Shown piece after piece: positions 16,705 to 26,485 of a stretch of DNA of 50,922 nucleotides. The stretch lies in the IMG/VR virus record IMGVR_UViG_3300032122_000001, positions 1 through 50,922 of that record; one strand, written 5' to 3'. Both the position numbers and the translations under genes were made by a program. Numbering within the stretch: the stretch's first letter is position 1; each line of letters opens with the position of its first letter. Source of the DNA: a virus (Duplodnaviria; Caudoviricetes). Under the pieces are notes generated by a model that saw only the letters and a program-made list of their open reading frames with translations, ran no database searches and had not been told where the DNA came from.

Positions 16705-18411
16705 ATGCCGTTCCAGATCCCCAACCACGACGACGACGCACTGAAGATCTACTCGGCAGCCGGTCTAACCGACCTGCGCCGCGTCGCAGCCGAGGAATAC
16801 AACCAGATCCACGCCACCATCACAGCAGCCAGCAACAGCGGCACCACAGCCGACACGGCAGACCTCGACCGCGCTGACGCCCTATACGCCTTCATCGCCG
16901 CAGCAGACACCGTCCTCGACGAATACGAAGCAGAAGCCCAGAAGACCGTAACCGCAGCTGGCCGCACACTCCGCGACCGCGCACCCAAGGTCATCGAAGG
17001 CGAAACCGTAGAACCAGCCGACGACAACGCGGCCACGGAACCAGCAGCGGTCACCGCAGCCACCATCACCATCAGCGAACTCGCACCCACCGTCATCGAC
17101 GTCAACACCAAGACAACCGAAGACAAATCCCTCGTCAAATACACCATCGTCGCAGCCGCAGAAACCGGCTACGCCGCAGGCGCACCATTGCCCGACTTCG
17201 CAGCCGTAACCGCCGCATTCCAGGAACGCACCCGCACCTACAACGGATCAAGCAGCGCCATGAAGCACGCTGTAGCCCAGATCCGCCGCGAATACGTACC
17301 GGAACTGAGCTACAAGCCAGGCATGCTCGAAGAGCAGATCTACGAACTCAACAGGTACGCCACCGACGAGAAGCGCCTACCAGGCGGCTCGCTCGCAGAA
17401 GCCATGGTTGCCGGTGTCGGCTGGTGTGTTCCATCAACCATCCTCCTGACCACCTGCTCACAGATCACCGCGACCGGCCTCATCCAGCTGCCCGAAATCG
17501 GTGCACCACGCGGCGGCATCCGCCACAACCAGGGCATCGACTTCTCCACCATCTTCGGTGGCGGTACCGGATTCAACATCCTCACCGAAGCTCAGGTCAT
17601 CGCCGACACAGTCAAGACCTGCGTGCAGATCCCATGCCCGTCATTCGTTGATGACCGGCTGAAGGTAGCTGCGCTCTGCCTGACCGGTGACCTGCTTCAG
17701 AATGTCGCATATCCGGAGTTTGTGCAGACCTTCATCGAAGGCGCACTAGCGGCGCAGGCACACAACGTCAACAAGGACATCATCGCCACCATCGTGGCCG
17801 GTTCCACGGCCGTGAACCTGGCTCAGGCCATCGACCCGTGGCAGGTAGACAACTCGGTTGTCTCGCAGGTTATGGCTGCGGCCGAGATGGCTGTCGTGGA
17901 CATCCGGTACCGGCTGCGTCTGGACCCGAACGCAACCATCGAAATGGTGTTCCCGTTCTGGATCAAGGCTCAGATGCGGGCTGACTGGCTGCGCCGCAAC
18001 GCGGCAATGCCAGCTGACCTGGCTGACGCGATGATTGCCCAGATGTTCGCAACTCGTGGCATTGCGCCACAGTATGTCTACGATTGGCAGGATGCGTTCT
18101 CTGGCCTGACCACAACTGGTCCTGGTGCTGCGACTCCGCTACTGGTTCTGCCTCAGTCGCCGACCGTGAACCTTCAGTTCCTGGCTTACCCTGCCGGAAC
18201 GTGGCTGCTAGCACGACAGGATGTCATCAGGCTCGACAGTGTGTATGACAGCACACTACTTGCCACTAACAAGGTGACTCAGCTGTTCGTGGAAGACGGC
18301 TACCTGCCGATGCGCATGTGCCCACTGTCACGCGTCTACACCGTGAACATCTGCCCGAACGGTTCAACAGGCGCCCAGCGTGCCGTTACCTGCACTGACG
18401 TCACTCCGTAA
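16705..18411 (+). CDS. major capsid protein with N-terminal scaffold region
   Basis: 568 aa; Ala/acidic N-terminus, then GWC.PS, LPEI...RGGI, K.C..IPCP.F, YPE, FVEDG motifs. Confidence 0.85.
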   Translation: MPFQIPNHDDDALKIYSAAGLTDLRRVAAEEYNQIHATITAASNSGTTADTADLDRADALYAFIAAADTVLDEYEAEAQKTVTAAGRTLRDRAPKVIEGETVEPADDNAATEPAAVTAATITISELAPTVIDVNTKTTEDKSLVKYTIVAAAETGYAAGAPLPDFAAVTAAFQERTRTYNGSSSAMKHAVAQIRREYVPELSYKPGMLEEQIYELNRYATDEKRLPGGSLAEAMVAGVGWCVPSTILLTTCSQITATGLIQLPEIGAPRGGIRHNQGIDFSTIFGGGTGFNILTEAQVIADTVKTCVQIPCPSFVDDRLKVAALCLTGDLLQNVAYPEFVQTFIEGALAAQAHNVNKDIIATIVAGSTAVNLAQAIDPWQVDNSVVSQVMAAAEMAVVDIRYRLRLDPNATIEMVFPFWIKAQMRADWLRRNAAMPADLADAMIAQMFATRGIAPQYVYDWQDAFSGLTTTGPGAATPLLVLPQSPTVNLQFLAYPAGTWLLARQDVIRLDSVYDSTLLATNKVTQLFVEDGYLPMRMCPLSRVYTVNICPNGSTGAQRAVTCTDVTP

Positions 18412-18420
18412 CGAAGCAGC

Positions 18421-18447
18421 AGGGGCCAGCCAGCCGGTTGGCCCCTT
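18421..18447 (+). terminator. stem-loop after the capsid gene
   Basis: AGGGGCCAGCC...GGTTGGCCCCT. Confidence 0.6.
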
Positions 18448-18474
18448 CAGCCCTAGTCGCGGAAGGAGGCGACC

Positions 18475-19338
18475 ATGGCAGTAACAACAGCACCAGTCCA
18501 GGTCACTGGTCCCCGTACGCGCGACCGTTACGGGATCTTCGCCGTAGCGGAACGCGAAGATCTGCCACGCATGGCCGGTCTCGGTGGTGTCTGGTGGCTC
18601 CAGGGAGACTGCGGCGACGCGGTTGGCTACACAGTCGACTGCGCCGCTTCCCTGGCAACGAAAACATTCGCTAACGAACCAACATTCGAAACAGCGAACC
18701 CTTTCGTTGTCTACGCGGGCAGGCTCTGCGGAACAGTCGGGCTTACACCGGCCGAGCAGCAGGAACTTGTTGTCAGCAAACTGAAAGCCAATGAGCAGCG
18801 GGTAGTTGAGCAGGCTTTCAGCGACCAGTTGAACGGCCAGTCGCCCGGCTTGGCGAACAACCCCGCTGTCGTGACCGTGGCTACAGCCGCTGGCGTCAAC
18901 TTCGTTGAATCGATCGGCCGCCTAGAAGCGGCGTTCTACAACGAATACGGGTATGCGGGAGTCATTCACATGCCTTTCCGGTCCGGTGAGCATGCCGCAT
19001 CACAACACCTGCTGTGGCCGGATTCCGAGTACCCGCTGCCGGGCAACGACAGGGTATGGAAGACGGCAGTCGGTTCCACGGTGTCGATCGGCGCCTACTC
19101 CGGTAACTCGCCAGCTGGCGCCGCACCGGTAGCCGGACACCAGTGGGTGTACATGACGCCGCCTATCAAGATCTGGTCGACGCCTGACAGCCAGCTCAAG
19201 CCGTCACCCGTCGAAGGGTCCCTGAATAGGGCCACGAACCAGGAGACATGGCTTGTGGAACGCACCTACATAGTGGGTTTCCCCTGCGACGCCGTGTTCG
19301 CCATCGACGTCACCCTACCTACCCAGACAACCACGTGA
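18475..19338 (+). CDS. minor or second capsid protein
   Basis: 287 aa, PFVVYAG..C, E...VE, VERTY; follows the major capsid gene. Confidence 0.65.
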   Translation: MAVTTAPVQVTGPRTRDRYGIFAVAEREDLPRMAGLGGVWWLQGDCGDAVGYTVDCAASLATKTFANEPTFETANPFVVYAGRLCGTVGLTPAEQQELVVSKLKANEQRVVEQAFSDQLNGQSPGLANNPAVVTVATAAGVNFVESIGRLEAAFYNEYGYAGVIHMPFRSGEHAASQHLLWPDSEYPLPGNDRVWKTAVGSTVSIGAYSGNSPAGAAPVAGHQWVYMTPPIKIWSTPDSQLKPSPVEGSLNRATNQETWLVERTYIVGFPCDAVFAIDVTLPTQTTT

Positions 19339-19348
19339 GGCTGAGCAG

Positions 19349-19633
19349 ATGACCGTAGAGATCACGCCCAGTGGCTCAGCAGCCCTCATCGCTCAGCAGC
19401 TACTCGCAGTGGCTGAAGCCGATGAACGTTTCCGTGTCGACGACGTCAAAACCACAACCTACGGGCCGATGGGTTTGGCGTTCCTCGTACCGGATGAGCT
19501 GCACGAAGCATGGGCCAAAACGTATCTTGCCGCAGACGACGAACCCGCAGACGAAGTTGAAGATTCAACCGAAGCTGATGCTGCCCCTCGCCGCCGTGGC
19601 CGCCCACGCACCACAGGCAGCGCGAAGGAGTAA
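19349..19633 (+). CDS. hypothetical virion-cluster protein
   Basis: 94 aa, RRRGRPR tail. Confidence 0.6.
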   Translation: MTVEITPSGSAALIAQQLLAVAEADERFRVDDVKTTTYGPMGLAFLVPDELHEAWAKTYLAADDEPADEVEDSTEADAAPRRRGRPRTTGSAKE

Positions 19634-19635
19634 CC

Positions 19636-20583
19636 ATGACAAGCCAGTGCCTACCGGTACTCCAGTTCGATGCTGTCCGGGTGACCCGGCTCAACAGTTG
19701 CGGCACACCGCAGGACTCGACCTGCGCATACGCTACCAGCGAAGGCATCATCACCCTGGCCATGACCAACAACAACCAGGAGCGGCAGGAATATTTGCAG
19801 CTCAACGGTCAGGGCAACATTTGCGTAGACGAGACGAAAGAAGCACAGCTGCGGTGGATCGATTTCGAGTTGACGTTCTGCAACGTCGACCCGGAACTGT
19901 TCAACATCATCACAGCTGAGCCTCTCGTCCTCAACGATGCCGCGTCGCCGGTGGCGATCGGTTTCGACAAGACGCAGGGTGCCGCACTGAACTCGTTCTT
20001 CGCTCTTGAGGCGTGGACAAACACGGGTGGCGGAAGCTGCGACGACAACCAGCCAGACTACGGCTACTTCGTGATGCCGTTCGCTGTCGGCGGCCTTGTC
20101 AGCGACATCACCCTAGAAAACGCGAACATCAACTTCACGGTCACTGGCCGTACGAAGAAGGCTTCGCTGTGGGGTACCGGCCCGTTCAACGTTCGTTTGA
20201 TTGAGTTGGCTGGCCCCGACCTAGGTGAACCGGCACCGCTGTTGACGGCGATCGGTTCCACGGTGCACCGCCGCCAGTTCTGGACAGAGCTGCCGCCACC
20301 TCCCGGTGTCTGCGGCTGCCAGGACCTGACACCGACAGTGCTGGTAGCGCCGCTGTCGGCTACGGCTGCGACCCTGCGCACGTTGACGTTCCCGCTGAAC
20401 CCGGCAACCGGTCAGCCTGCTCTTCCCGGCTACATCGACTGGGGCGACGCGACACCGACCGTGCTGGTCACTGCCGGTATCAACGCCACCCACACGTATG
20501 CGGTCGGCAGCTACACGGCCACTTATCGGACGTCATCGTTCTCGGGTCCGACATGGACTTCCGGCACGATCATCGCCACCTAA
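19636..20583 (+). CDS. major tail protein with C-terminal PKD-like domain
   Basis: RVTRL..CG, C.VDPEL, FALEAW, YGYF..P; IDWGD...HTY. Confidence 0.8.
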   Translation: MTSQCLPVLQFDAVRVTRLNSCGTPQDSTCAYATSEGIITLAMTNNNQERQEYLQLNGQGNICVDETKEAQLRWIDFELTFCNVDPELFNIITAEPLVLNDAASPVAIGFDKTQGAALNSFFALEAWTNTGGGSCDDNQPDYGYFVMPFAVGGLVSDITLENANINFTVTGRTKKASLWGTGPFNVRLIELAGPDLGEPAPLLTAIGSTVHRRQFWTELPPPPGVCGCQDLTPTVLVAPLSATAATLRTLTFPLNPATGQPALPGYIDWGDATPTVLVTAGINATHTYAVGSYTATYRTSSFSGPTWTSGTIIAT

Positions 20584-20604
20584 TAGAGAGATTGGAGTAT
20601 TGAT

Positions 20605-21156
20605 ATGGCTGGTGGGTCTCTCACCGTTACGGTGGACACTTACGCTCAGGCCCCCGCTGTAGCGCAGCGGATCCTGTGCCAGATGTCGGCCGCGAACCGT
20701 CCGTTCCTGCGTACCGACAGGGCGGCGTCCGGCAGCATCGCATTCGTTTTGCCGGAGGAACGTTTCCCAGCGAACATCCTGCTGAAGCGTGGCGGCACCG
20801 ACCTGCTTGCCGGTTACGTGGCTGGCACGAACATCAGCTTCACGATCGGCAACGGTAACGCCATCGAGCAGAACGTGAACACATGCCCAGCGTCCACGAA
20901 CCAGCCGACAACGACTGGTGCCGCGTTTTCTACGAATGTCGGCGGTAACCCGCTGGCCGTTTCGCTGATCTACGCGAACGCGGTCGGCAACGGTACCGTG
21001 AACATTTTCTGGGGCGACGGCACTTCGACACTGGGCGCGGCCGAGTCGGGCACTTCCGCACACACGTACACGATTGCTCCTGCGGTCTACCAGGTTCGGG
21101 TTGTCGATGCCACGTCTTCAACGGATGTTGCAACGATGCAGGTGCATGTTCCGTAG
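20605..21156 (+). CDS. PKD/Ig-like structural protein
   Basis: FWGDGTS...HTY...Y.V.V. Confidence 0.65.
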   Translation: MAGGSLTVTVDTYAQAPAVAQRILCQMSAANRPFLRTDRAASGSIAFVLPEERFPANILLKRGGTDLLAGYVAGTNISFTIGNGNAIEQNVNTCPASTNQPTTTGAAFSTNVGGNPLAVSLIYANAVGNGTVNIFWGDGTSTLGAAESGTSAHTYTIAPAVYQVRVVDATSSTDVATMQVHVP

Positions 21157-21166
21157 TTGAGTGAAA

Positions 21167-21198
21167 GCCCCCCGTCGTCTTGGCGGGCAGCGGGGGGC
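21167..21198 (+). terminator. stem-loop
   Basis: GCCCCCCG...CGGGGGGC. Confidence 0.5.
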
Positions 21199-21236
21199 AT
21201 TCCTTCCCATAATGTCAGTAGCAAGGAAGGTTCACA

Positions 21237-21782
21237 ATGCCCGCTATCAGCATCGTGGAACGCATTTACGCGATCCAATACACGGGGAACAATTCTGCTG
21301 AGATCGACGGCCTGATCACCGACTTCGTGATCACCAGTGAGGGTGGCGGCGTCCTCAATTTCGACAGCGGTGGTTCGTCGTATTCGCTGCCCACGAACGA
21401 TTGGATCCGGTTCGCGCAGGGCTACGTCTTGAACACGCACACCACTAGCGGCCTCAATTTTATCTTCGTCCGCAACGCCAGCTACGACGACCTGTTGACG
21501 TTCCAGGACGCTATCGACGAATCTGTGCGCGCGGTTGGTGTCGCTGAAGCGCCGACGCTGTTGGCCAGCCAAAGCACCGTGGTTTCGGTAGATATTGTTC
21601 CGGCGATGCCCGACAGTTCCTACACGCCGACAGCTCAAATGTTCGCTGCTACCGGCCTGCTGGGAAGCCTGTCGATTACCGGCACTTCCGTTGTCGACAC
21701 GAACACAGTGAACGTGACCGTCCAGAACTCCGGGCTGATCAGCATCGGCGGCGTGAAGATCCTGGTAGTGGTCAAAGACTAG
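21237..21782 (+). CDS. putative structural protein
   Basis: beta-rich 181 aa, RBS present. Confidence 0.6.
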   Translation: MPAISIVERIYAIQYTGNNSAEIDGLITDFVITSEGGGVLNFDSGGSSYSLPTNDWIRFAQGYVLNTHTTSGLNFIFVRNASYDDLLTFQDAIDESVRAVGVAEAPTLLASQSTVVSVDIVPAMPDSSYTPTAQMFAATGLLGSLSITGTSVVDTNTVNVTVQNSGLISIGGVKILVVVKD

Positions 21783-21787
21783 GGGGA

Positions 21788-22879
21788 GTGATGGTTGCCG
21801 TTGGCTACACGAGCGGAGACCCGAACAAGGTAGATATCACCGGTGACACGATGACCGGCGATCTGATCTTGTCTGGTGCGGGTACCGATTTGACGGTCGG
21901 CGGCGTCCTCACTGACGGGTTTCAGGGTGTTAGCGGTGATCTTTCGCAGCTGACATCGAGCACACTGGAAACCGGTATCACTTCGGGCGGCTTGCTGAGT
22001 ATCAATGTCAGTGGCACCACTATCGACGTTTCGGCCGCTACGGGCTGGATTCTCGACTACAACTCGCAGGGCACATATAGTGCTACGAATCCTAAACTTA
22101 CTGCTATCAATTTCCCGGGCGCCACGAACGTTGTTTTGACTGGTCCACTGACGCAGCTGACCACATACTGGTTGATCAACTCGGCTGGGACGCTCATCCA
22201 GCAGGCGGCCCGTCCGAGCCGGACACAGTACCGTACGCATCTTGTCGTCGGTGCCTCCATCCAGTTCGGTGGCACGATCTTCACGACGCAGAGCCTGGCC
22301 ATGATGCAGTCGCAGACCGGTCCCCAGCTTCTCGACTTCATGAACAGCCTCGGGCCGTTCGTTGTCGGAGCGGGTACCGGTTTCGTGACACCTAACGGCG
22401 TCAACAAGATGATCAACGTTTCTGGTGGCACCGTATTCAACCCCGAGTTCGGGCTACCCAACTACCAGGACCCGCACACCGGGACACTCGCCACCCAAAC
22501 CCCGGCCAACTTCCACTACTCGACGGCGGTAGCCGGACTAGCGCCACTCGTCAACCTCATCGACGTAGCTAACTATGATCCTGGCGGTGCTGGGGTCGTT
22601 ACACCCCTCGGCGGCGGCGTCAACACGTCATCGATCCATCGAGTATTCGGAATCAGCCAGCCGAACGTCAACGACCAAATCCTCATCCAGTACGGGCAGA
22701 CCGCATACAGCAACCTCGCCAACGCGGTCGCTGGCATCGGGGCCGGAACCTTCATCATCAACCCTAACTTCACGAACATTCCGCTGCTCGGCTGGATAGC
22801 GGCGACCCGTGTCGCCGTCAACCTTTCAGACCCGACACAGGCAACGTTTGTGCGGGCTTCCCGATTCGCATTCCCATAA
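21788..22879 (+). CDS. putative fibre/whisker protein
   Basis: V...GDTMTGDL fibre motif, Gly/Thr-rich. Confidence 0.6.
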   Translation: MMVAVGYTSGDPNKVDITGDTMTGDLILSGAGTDLTVGGVLTDGFQGVSGDLSQLTSSTLETGITSGGLLSINVSGTTIDVSAATGWILDYNSQGTYSATNPKLTAINFPGATNVVLTGPLTQLTTYWLINSAGTLIQQAARPSRTQYRTHLVVGASIQFGGTIFTTQSLAMMQSQTGPQLLDFMNSLGPFVVGAGTGFVTPNGVNKMINVSGGTVFNPEFGLPNYQDPHTGTLATQTPANFHYSTAVAGLAPLVNLIDVANYDPGGAGVVTPLGGGVNTSSIHRVFGISQPNVNDQILIQYGQTAYSNLANAVAGIGAGTFIINPNFTNIPLLGWIAATRVAVNLSDPTQATFVRASRFAFP

Positions 22880-22889
22880 GGGGGACCAG

Positions 22890-23165
22890 ATGCCCAGCAA
22901 CGAGGGACACATTCATTGGGGTGGCGCAGCCGACGAAAACGACATCCAGTATTTGGGGCAGACGCTGCAAATCATCTTCGGGCCGCTCGAAGAAATCGAC
23001 ACCTTGCAGATCCGTAAAGCCGGTTCCCAGGGATCGTTCCTGGCGCTACCGAACTCAACCGTCAGCAGCCCGACATGGGAAACGGTACCGGGCACAAGCC
23101 CCACTCTGGAAGCACGCCAAGACGGCCACTACCCTAGTGACTATATCCGCATTCGACAGGCTTAA
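22890..23165 (+). CDS. hypothetical protein
   Basis: ATG with AAGGGG RBS. Confidence 0.55.
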   Translation: MPSNEGHIHWGGAADENDIQYLGQTLQIIFGPLEEIDTLQIRKAGSQGSFLALPNSTVSSPTWETVPGTSPTLEARQDGHYPSDYIRIRQA

Positions 23166-23177
23166 ATTGAGGTAACG

Positions 23178-24257
23178 GTGGCTACATATAACCCTGGAAC
23201 CACTGCCACGCTTCTCGTGCAGTGGTATGAGTTCGCTGGCGGGCCACCGACGCCAGTGACCGCGCAGACGATCACCATCGTCCGAGTGTCCGACGCGGTG
23301 ACGGTACTAGGTCCTACCGGTGTCGGTATCACGAATCTGGCTGTAGGTCTTTACACCTTCTCGTGGCCTATTCCCGGCAACACGCAGCTCGGCGATTATG
23401 CGGTTGTTTGGAACGCCACCGATCTTCAGCTTGACGCGGTTCAAACGTCTGAGCTGATCACGGTGGGAGCCGCATCGCAGGGGCCCTGCGACTGGGATGT
23501 CACCGTCACTGAGGATTGCTGCCCTGGCTGGAATGCGCTGCCGGATGCGCAGAAAGAGCGGGCCACCCGGTTGGCGACGAAAGTGATTTGGGCGGCGACA
23601 GGCCGCCGATACGGTACCTGTGTTCAGACGATTCGGCCTTGCGGCTTGGATCGTATGTGTGGCGACTGCGGCAGCTGGTATTTCTACAACGGTACGATGC
23701 ATCCGTTTATTCTCGACGGGTTGTGGCGTAACTGTGCGTGTGGCTGCCCGTGTGATTGTCAGCCACGCTGCCAGGTGAAGCTTCCCGGGTGGGTTAACAC
23801 GGTCACTGAGGTGACTGTGGATGGTGTGATTATTGCGCCTTCTTCGTGGCGGGTGGACGATAACACTTGGCTTGTCCGTACGGATGGTAATTGCTGGCCG
23901 AATTGCCAGGATTACAATGTTGATTCGGGTGCTGGCACGTTCACGGTTACGTATAGTTCCGGTGAGCCTATTCCGGCCGATGTCCTCGATATCACGGCGA
24001 TGCTGGCTTGCGAGTTCGCGAAGTCGTGTGGCGCTCTTACGGGTGCTTGCCGGTTGCCGGGCCGGTTGCAGACGTTGAGCCGTCAGGGTGTCACTACCAC
24101 GATGGTTGATATTGATCGGATGTTGGCGATGGGGTTGACGGGTATCCCCGAAATCGACATGATCATCATGGCGGATAATCCGTACGGCCACAAACAGCGG
24201 CCATGGCTTTACAGCTACGACACCGCGCCACGCAGCCGCACAGTAACGCAGGCATGA
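23178..24257 (+). CDS. head-to-tail adaptor with N-terminal Ig-like domain
   Basis: A...IWAATGRRYG.C...RPC, LACE, CRLP, RQGV, TGIPEID. Confidence 0.8.
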   Translation: MATYNPGTTATLLVQWYEFAGGPPTPVTAQTITIVRVSDAVTVLGPTGVGITNLAVGLYTFSWPIPGNTQLGDYAVVWNATDLQLDAVQTSELITVGAASQGPCDWDVTVTEDCCPGWNALPDAQKERATRLATKVIWAATGRRYGTCVQTIRPCGLDRMCGDCGSWYFYNGTMHPFILDGLWRNCACGCPCDCQPRCQVKLPGWVNTVTEVTVDGVIIAPSSWRVDDNTWLVRTDGNCWPNCQDYNVDSGAGTFTVTYSSGEPIPADVLDITAMLACEFAKSCGALTGACRLPGRLQTLSRQGVTTTMVDIDRMLAMGLTGIPEIDMIIMADNPYGHKQRPWLYSYDTAPRSRTVTQA

Positions 24258-24258
24258 C

Positions 24259-24819
24259 ATGGCGCTGATTGAACCGACACCGTATAAGATCGCGCGCAGC
24301 CTGCTGGCATGCTTTTGCGCCGAACTTTCCGCGAATGCGAACAACGATGACACGCTCACCATGCCAGCCCGATGCTGTCTACGGGCCGGAACCGAGGTCC
24401 CGCTGGACATCGATGTTGACGGCTTCGTGGCAGTGGATCAATGCTGCCTGGGCGAAGCTTACGTCAAGGTCGGGGTGATCTACCCATCGATGGTGTTCCC
24501 CGAACCGGACGCAGGCCCACTAGCCAACGGCTGCCAGTTGCAGCGGCTTGCCGTATCGATCGAGATGGGCACGATCCGTTGCATCAACGACGACAAGGAC
24601 TGCGACGAGAACGAGCTGAAGCTCCGGTGGATGCTGGCCGACGCGGATGCCGCGTACCGGGCCGCCTGCTGCTGGGGTAAAGCCATCCAGGACCCGGCCA
24701 TCAGCGGCAGGGGCACGAAGTGGTTTGCGGGTTTGTGGGAACAGGGTGGCCCGGATGGCGACTGCTTGACCGGTAATATGCAACTGTTCGCCGGTTACGC
24801 TGGCCCAGGCTGCTGCTAG
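24259..24819 (+). CDS. tail terminator-like protein
   Basis: Cys-rich, E.G..RC, GP.G.C..G; position in the cluster. Confidence 0.6.
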   Translation: MALIEPTPYKIARSLLACFCAELSANANNDDTLTMPARCCLRAGTEVPLDIDVDGFVAVDQCCLGEAYVKVGVIYPSMVFPEPDAGPLANGCQLQRLAVSIEMGTIRCINDDKDCDENELKLRWMLADADAAYRAACCWGKAIQDPAISGRGTKWFAGLWEQGGPDGDCLTGNMQLFAGYAGPGCC

Positions 24820-24828
24820 GAGAAGAAC

Positions 24829-25077
24829 ATGGTTGAGAAAACTTACGTCGCGAACGTGTCGTTTGAGGCGATTCAGGTAGGCGACTGGCTAGTGGCTGAG
24901 GAGACACCGCGTCTTGCCGCGCTGCTCGGGGCAGGCTACATCCACGAGATGACCGGCCCGGTCTACGTCGCCGAACCGATCGAAGCAGACGTCGATGAGG
25001 ATGATGCCGCCGAACGGTTCGAAGAGATGGACGTGGTTGAGTCTCCCGCCAAGCGGGGCCGCCGCAGGAGCCAGTGA
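24829..25077 (+). CDS. hypothetical protein
   Basis: 82 aa, RBS, coupled to the next gene. Confidence 0.55.
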   Translation: MVEKTYVANVSFEAIQVGDWLVAEETPRLAALLGAGYIHEMTGPVYVAEPIEADVDEDDAAERFEEMDVVESPAKRGRRRSQ

Positions 25078-25544
25078 TGGCGAAGGTCATCCTCAACAAG
25101 CCGGAAGTCAGGAAGACAGCCACCGAGGCTATCCTGCCGTCCGTGGAAAGGACGCTTGATCAGACGTTGGCGTTGGCTAAACGGCTTGTGCCGGTACGCA
25201 AACCGAAACCGTTTGATCGGCGCCCGGCTGGCCGCTTGAAGCGTTCCCTGATCAAGCGGGGACCGAAGAAGCTGGTTAACCGGGTTGAAGGCGAAGTCGG
25301 TTCCAGGCTCGCCTACGCGGCGTCTATCCATGACGGCGCCAAACCACACCCGATCTTCGCCCGCCGCAAGAAGAACCTTGTCTTCTATTGGCAGAAAGAA
25401 GACGTCACCTTCGTCGGGAAGAAAGTGAACCACCCCGGCGTACGCAAACGTAAACGTAAACAGTTCCTGTACCTGCCGTTGCGGGTTGCCGGGCTGCGCA
25501 ACGGATTCAAGGTCCGCCGGTTGGCGCCAACCAAGACCAGGTAG
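25074..25544 (+). CDS. HK97 gp10-like neck/tail completion protein
   Basis: A..L.PV...GRL..S, YA..IHDG..PH.I, V.HPG, FL. Confidence 0.75.
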   Translation: MMAKVILNKPEVRKTATEAILPSVERTLDQTLALAKRLVPVRKPKPFDRRPAGRLKRSLIKRGPKKLVNRVEGEVGSRLAYAASIHDGAKPHPIFARRKKNLVFYWQKEDVTFVGKKVNHPGVRKRKRKQFLYLPLRVAGLRNGFKVRRLAPTKTR

Positions 25545-25570
25545 CTGTCAGCATAAGATATGATTTCGTC

Positions 25571-25936
25571 ATGGAGAATGCGACAGAGGCAACCGGGATG
25601 CCCGTTATAGAAGAAGCGGCTCCTGCTGGCCATTATTATGCGCAAATGCGCGGCAGGCGCATGCTGATCAAAAACATTAACTCTGCCCAGTCGATGGTTC
25701 TGTCAGGCTACTTCCGTAAAGCCGATGGGCCTGTAACCTGGGAAATTTTGATGGGGATCTACGCCAACGTCATGCTTCTACTCGACTCCCTGATCGTAGA
25801 CAAAGCAGACATGGCGTGGATCGAGCAGCAGATCATGTCCGGTCAGCTTGTGCTAGAGGATCTGGCTGGCGTGTTCTCCGCCCACGAGACGGTAGAAGTG
25901 AAACCAGCCCCGAAGAAGCCACACCGTGGCAAGTGA
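25571..25936 (+). CDS. tail assembly chaperone (putative)
   Basis: position before the tape measure gene. Confidence 0.55.
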   Translation: MENATEATGMPVIEEAAPAGHYYAQMRGRRMLIKNINSAQSMVLSGYFRKADGPVTWEILMGIYANVMLLLDSLIVDKADMAWIEQQIMSGQLVLEDLAGVFSAHETVEVKPAPKKPHRGK

Positions 25937-26465
25937 CCTACTGGCGAGTCTACGCATCTGGTCGATTGCGGACATCGCTATCGGCGACCAGATCTTCCGC
26001 GTCCCGGCACTGCCAGCTGTCGACTGGCTAGAAATTCTCCTGCAAGACGAGATAAGCCTATGGAGTATCGTCCCCGGCCTCCTTGAACCTGACGCGACAG
26101 AAACTTTCACCGAAGCAATTTTCAAGGGCGAAATCCCGCGCGAAGACTGGGAACAACTCGTGTGGGAGCTTGTCTCCATCGCCGCCGGTCGCCCCTGGTG
26201 GACAACCCTATATTTGATCAGCAACACTCAACATTTCAACAACATCGAATACGTTAAAGGGCAGCTGGCCCTACACGGCGTCGACGCCACAAAGATGAGC
26301 CTCTCCGCATGGCTAGACGCCGTCTACTTCATCTTCATCCAACATATGAAGCCAGAAGACAAACAAAAGTTTGACCTCCTGCTGGCGCGTCCGATACCCG
26401 GAACCAAAGTCAAAACAGACGCGAAAGCCAACCGTGCCGCTTTCGGGGCACTATTGTCTAGTTAG
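25926..26465 (+). CDS. tail assembly chaperone 2 (putative)
   Basis: position; G.L..HGVD.....L..WLD. Confidence 0.55.
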   Translation: MASDLLASLRIWSIADIAIGDQIFRVPALPAVDWLEILLQDEISLWSIVPGLLEPDATETFTEAIFKGEIPREDWEQLVWELVSIAAGRPWWTTLYLISNTQHFNNIEYVKGQLALHGVDATKMSLSAWLDAVYFIFIQHMKPEDKQKFDLLLARPIPGTKVKTDAKANRAAFGALLSS

Positions 26466-26485
26466 AGTGTCCATTTCGAGCCGCT

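Noticed and set aside
23307-24410. Long antisense ORFs (also 9136-9963 and 1473-2270)
   Set aside because: Shadow frames of well-supported genes in high-GC DNA.
25900-25940. Programmed frameshift between the tail chaperones
   Set aside because: No clear slippery heptamer; the second ORF has its own GTG start.
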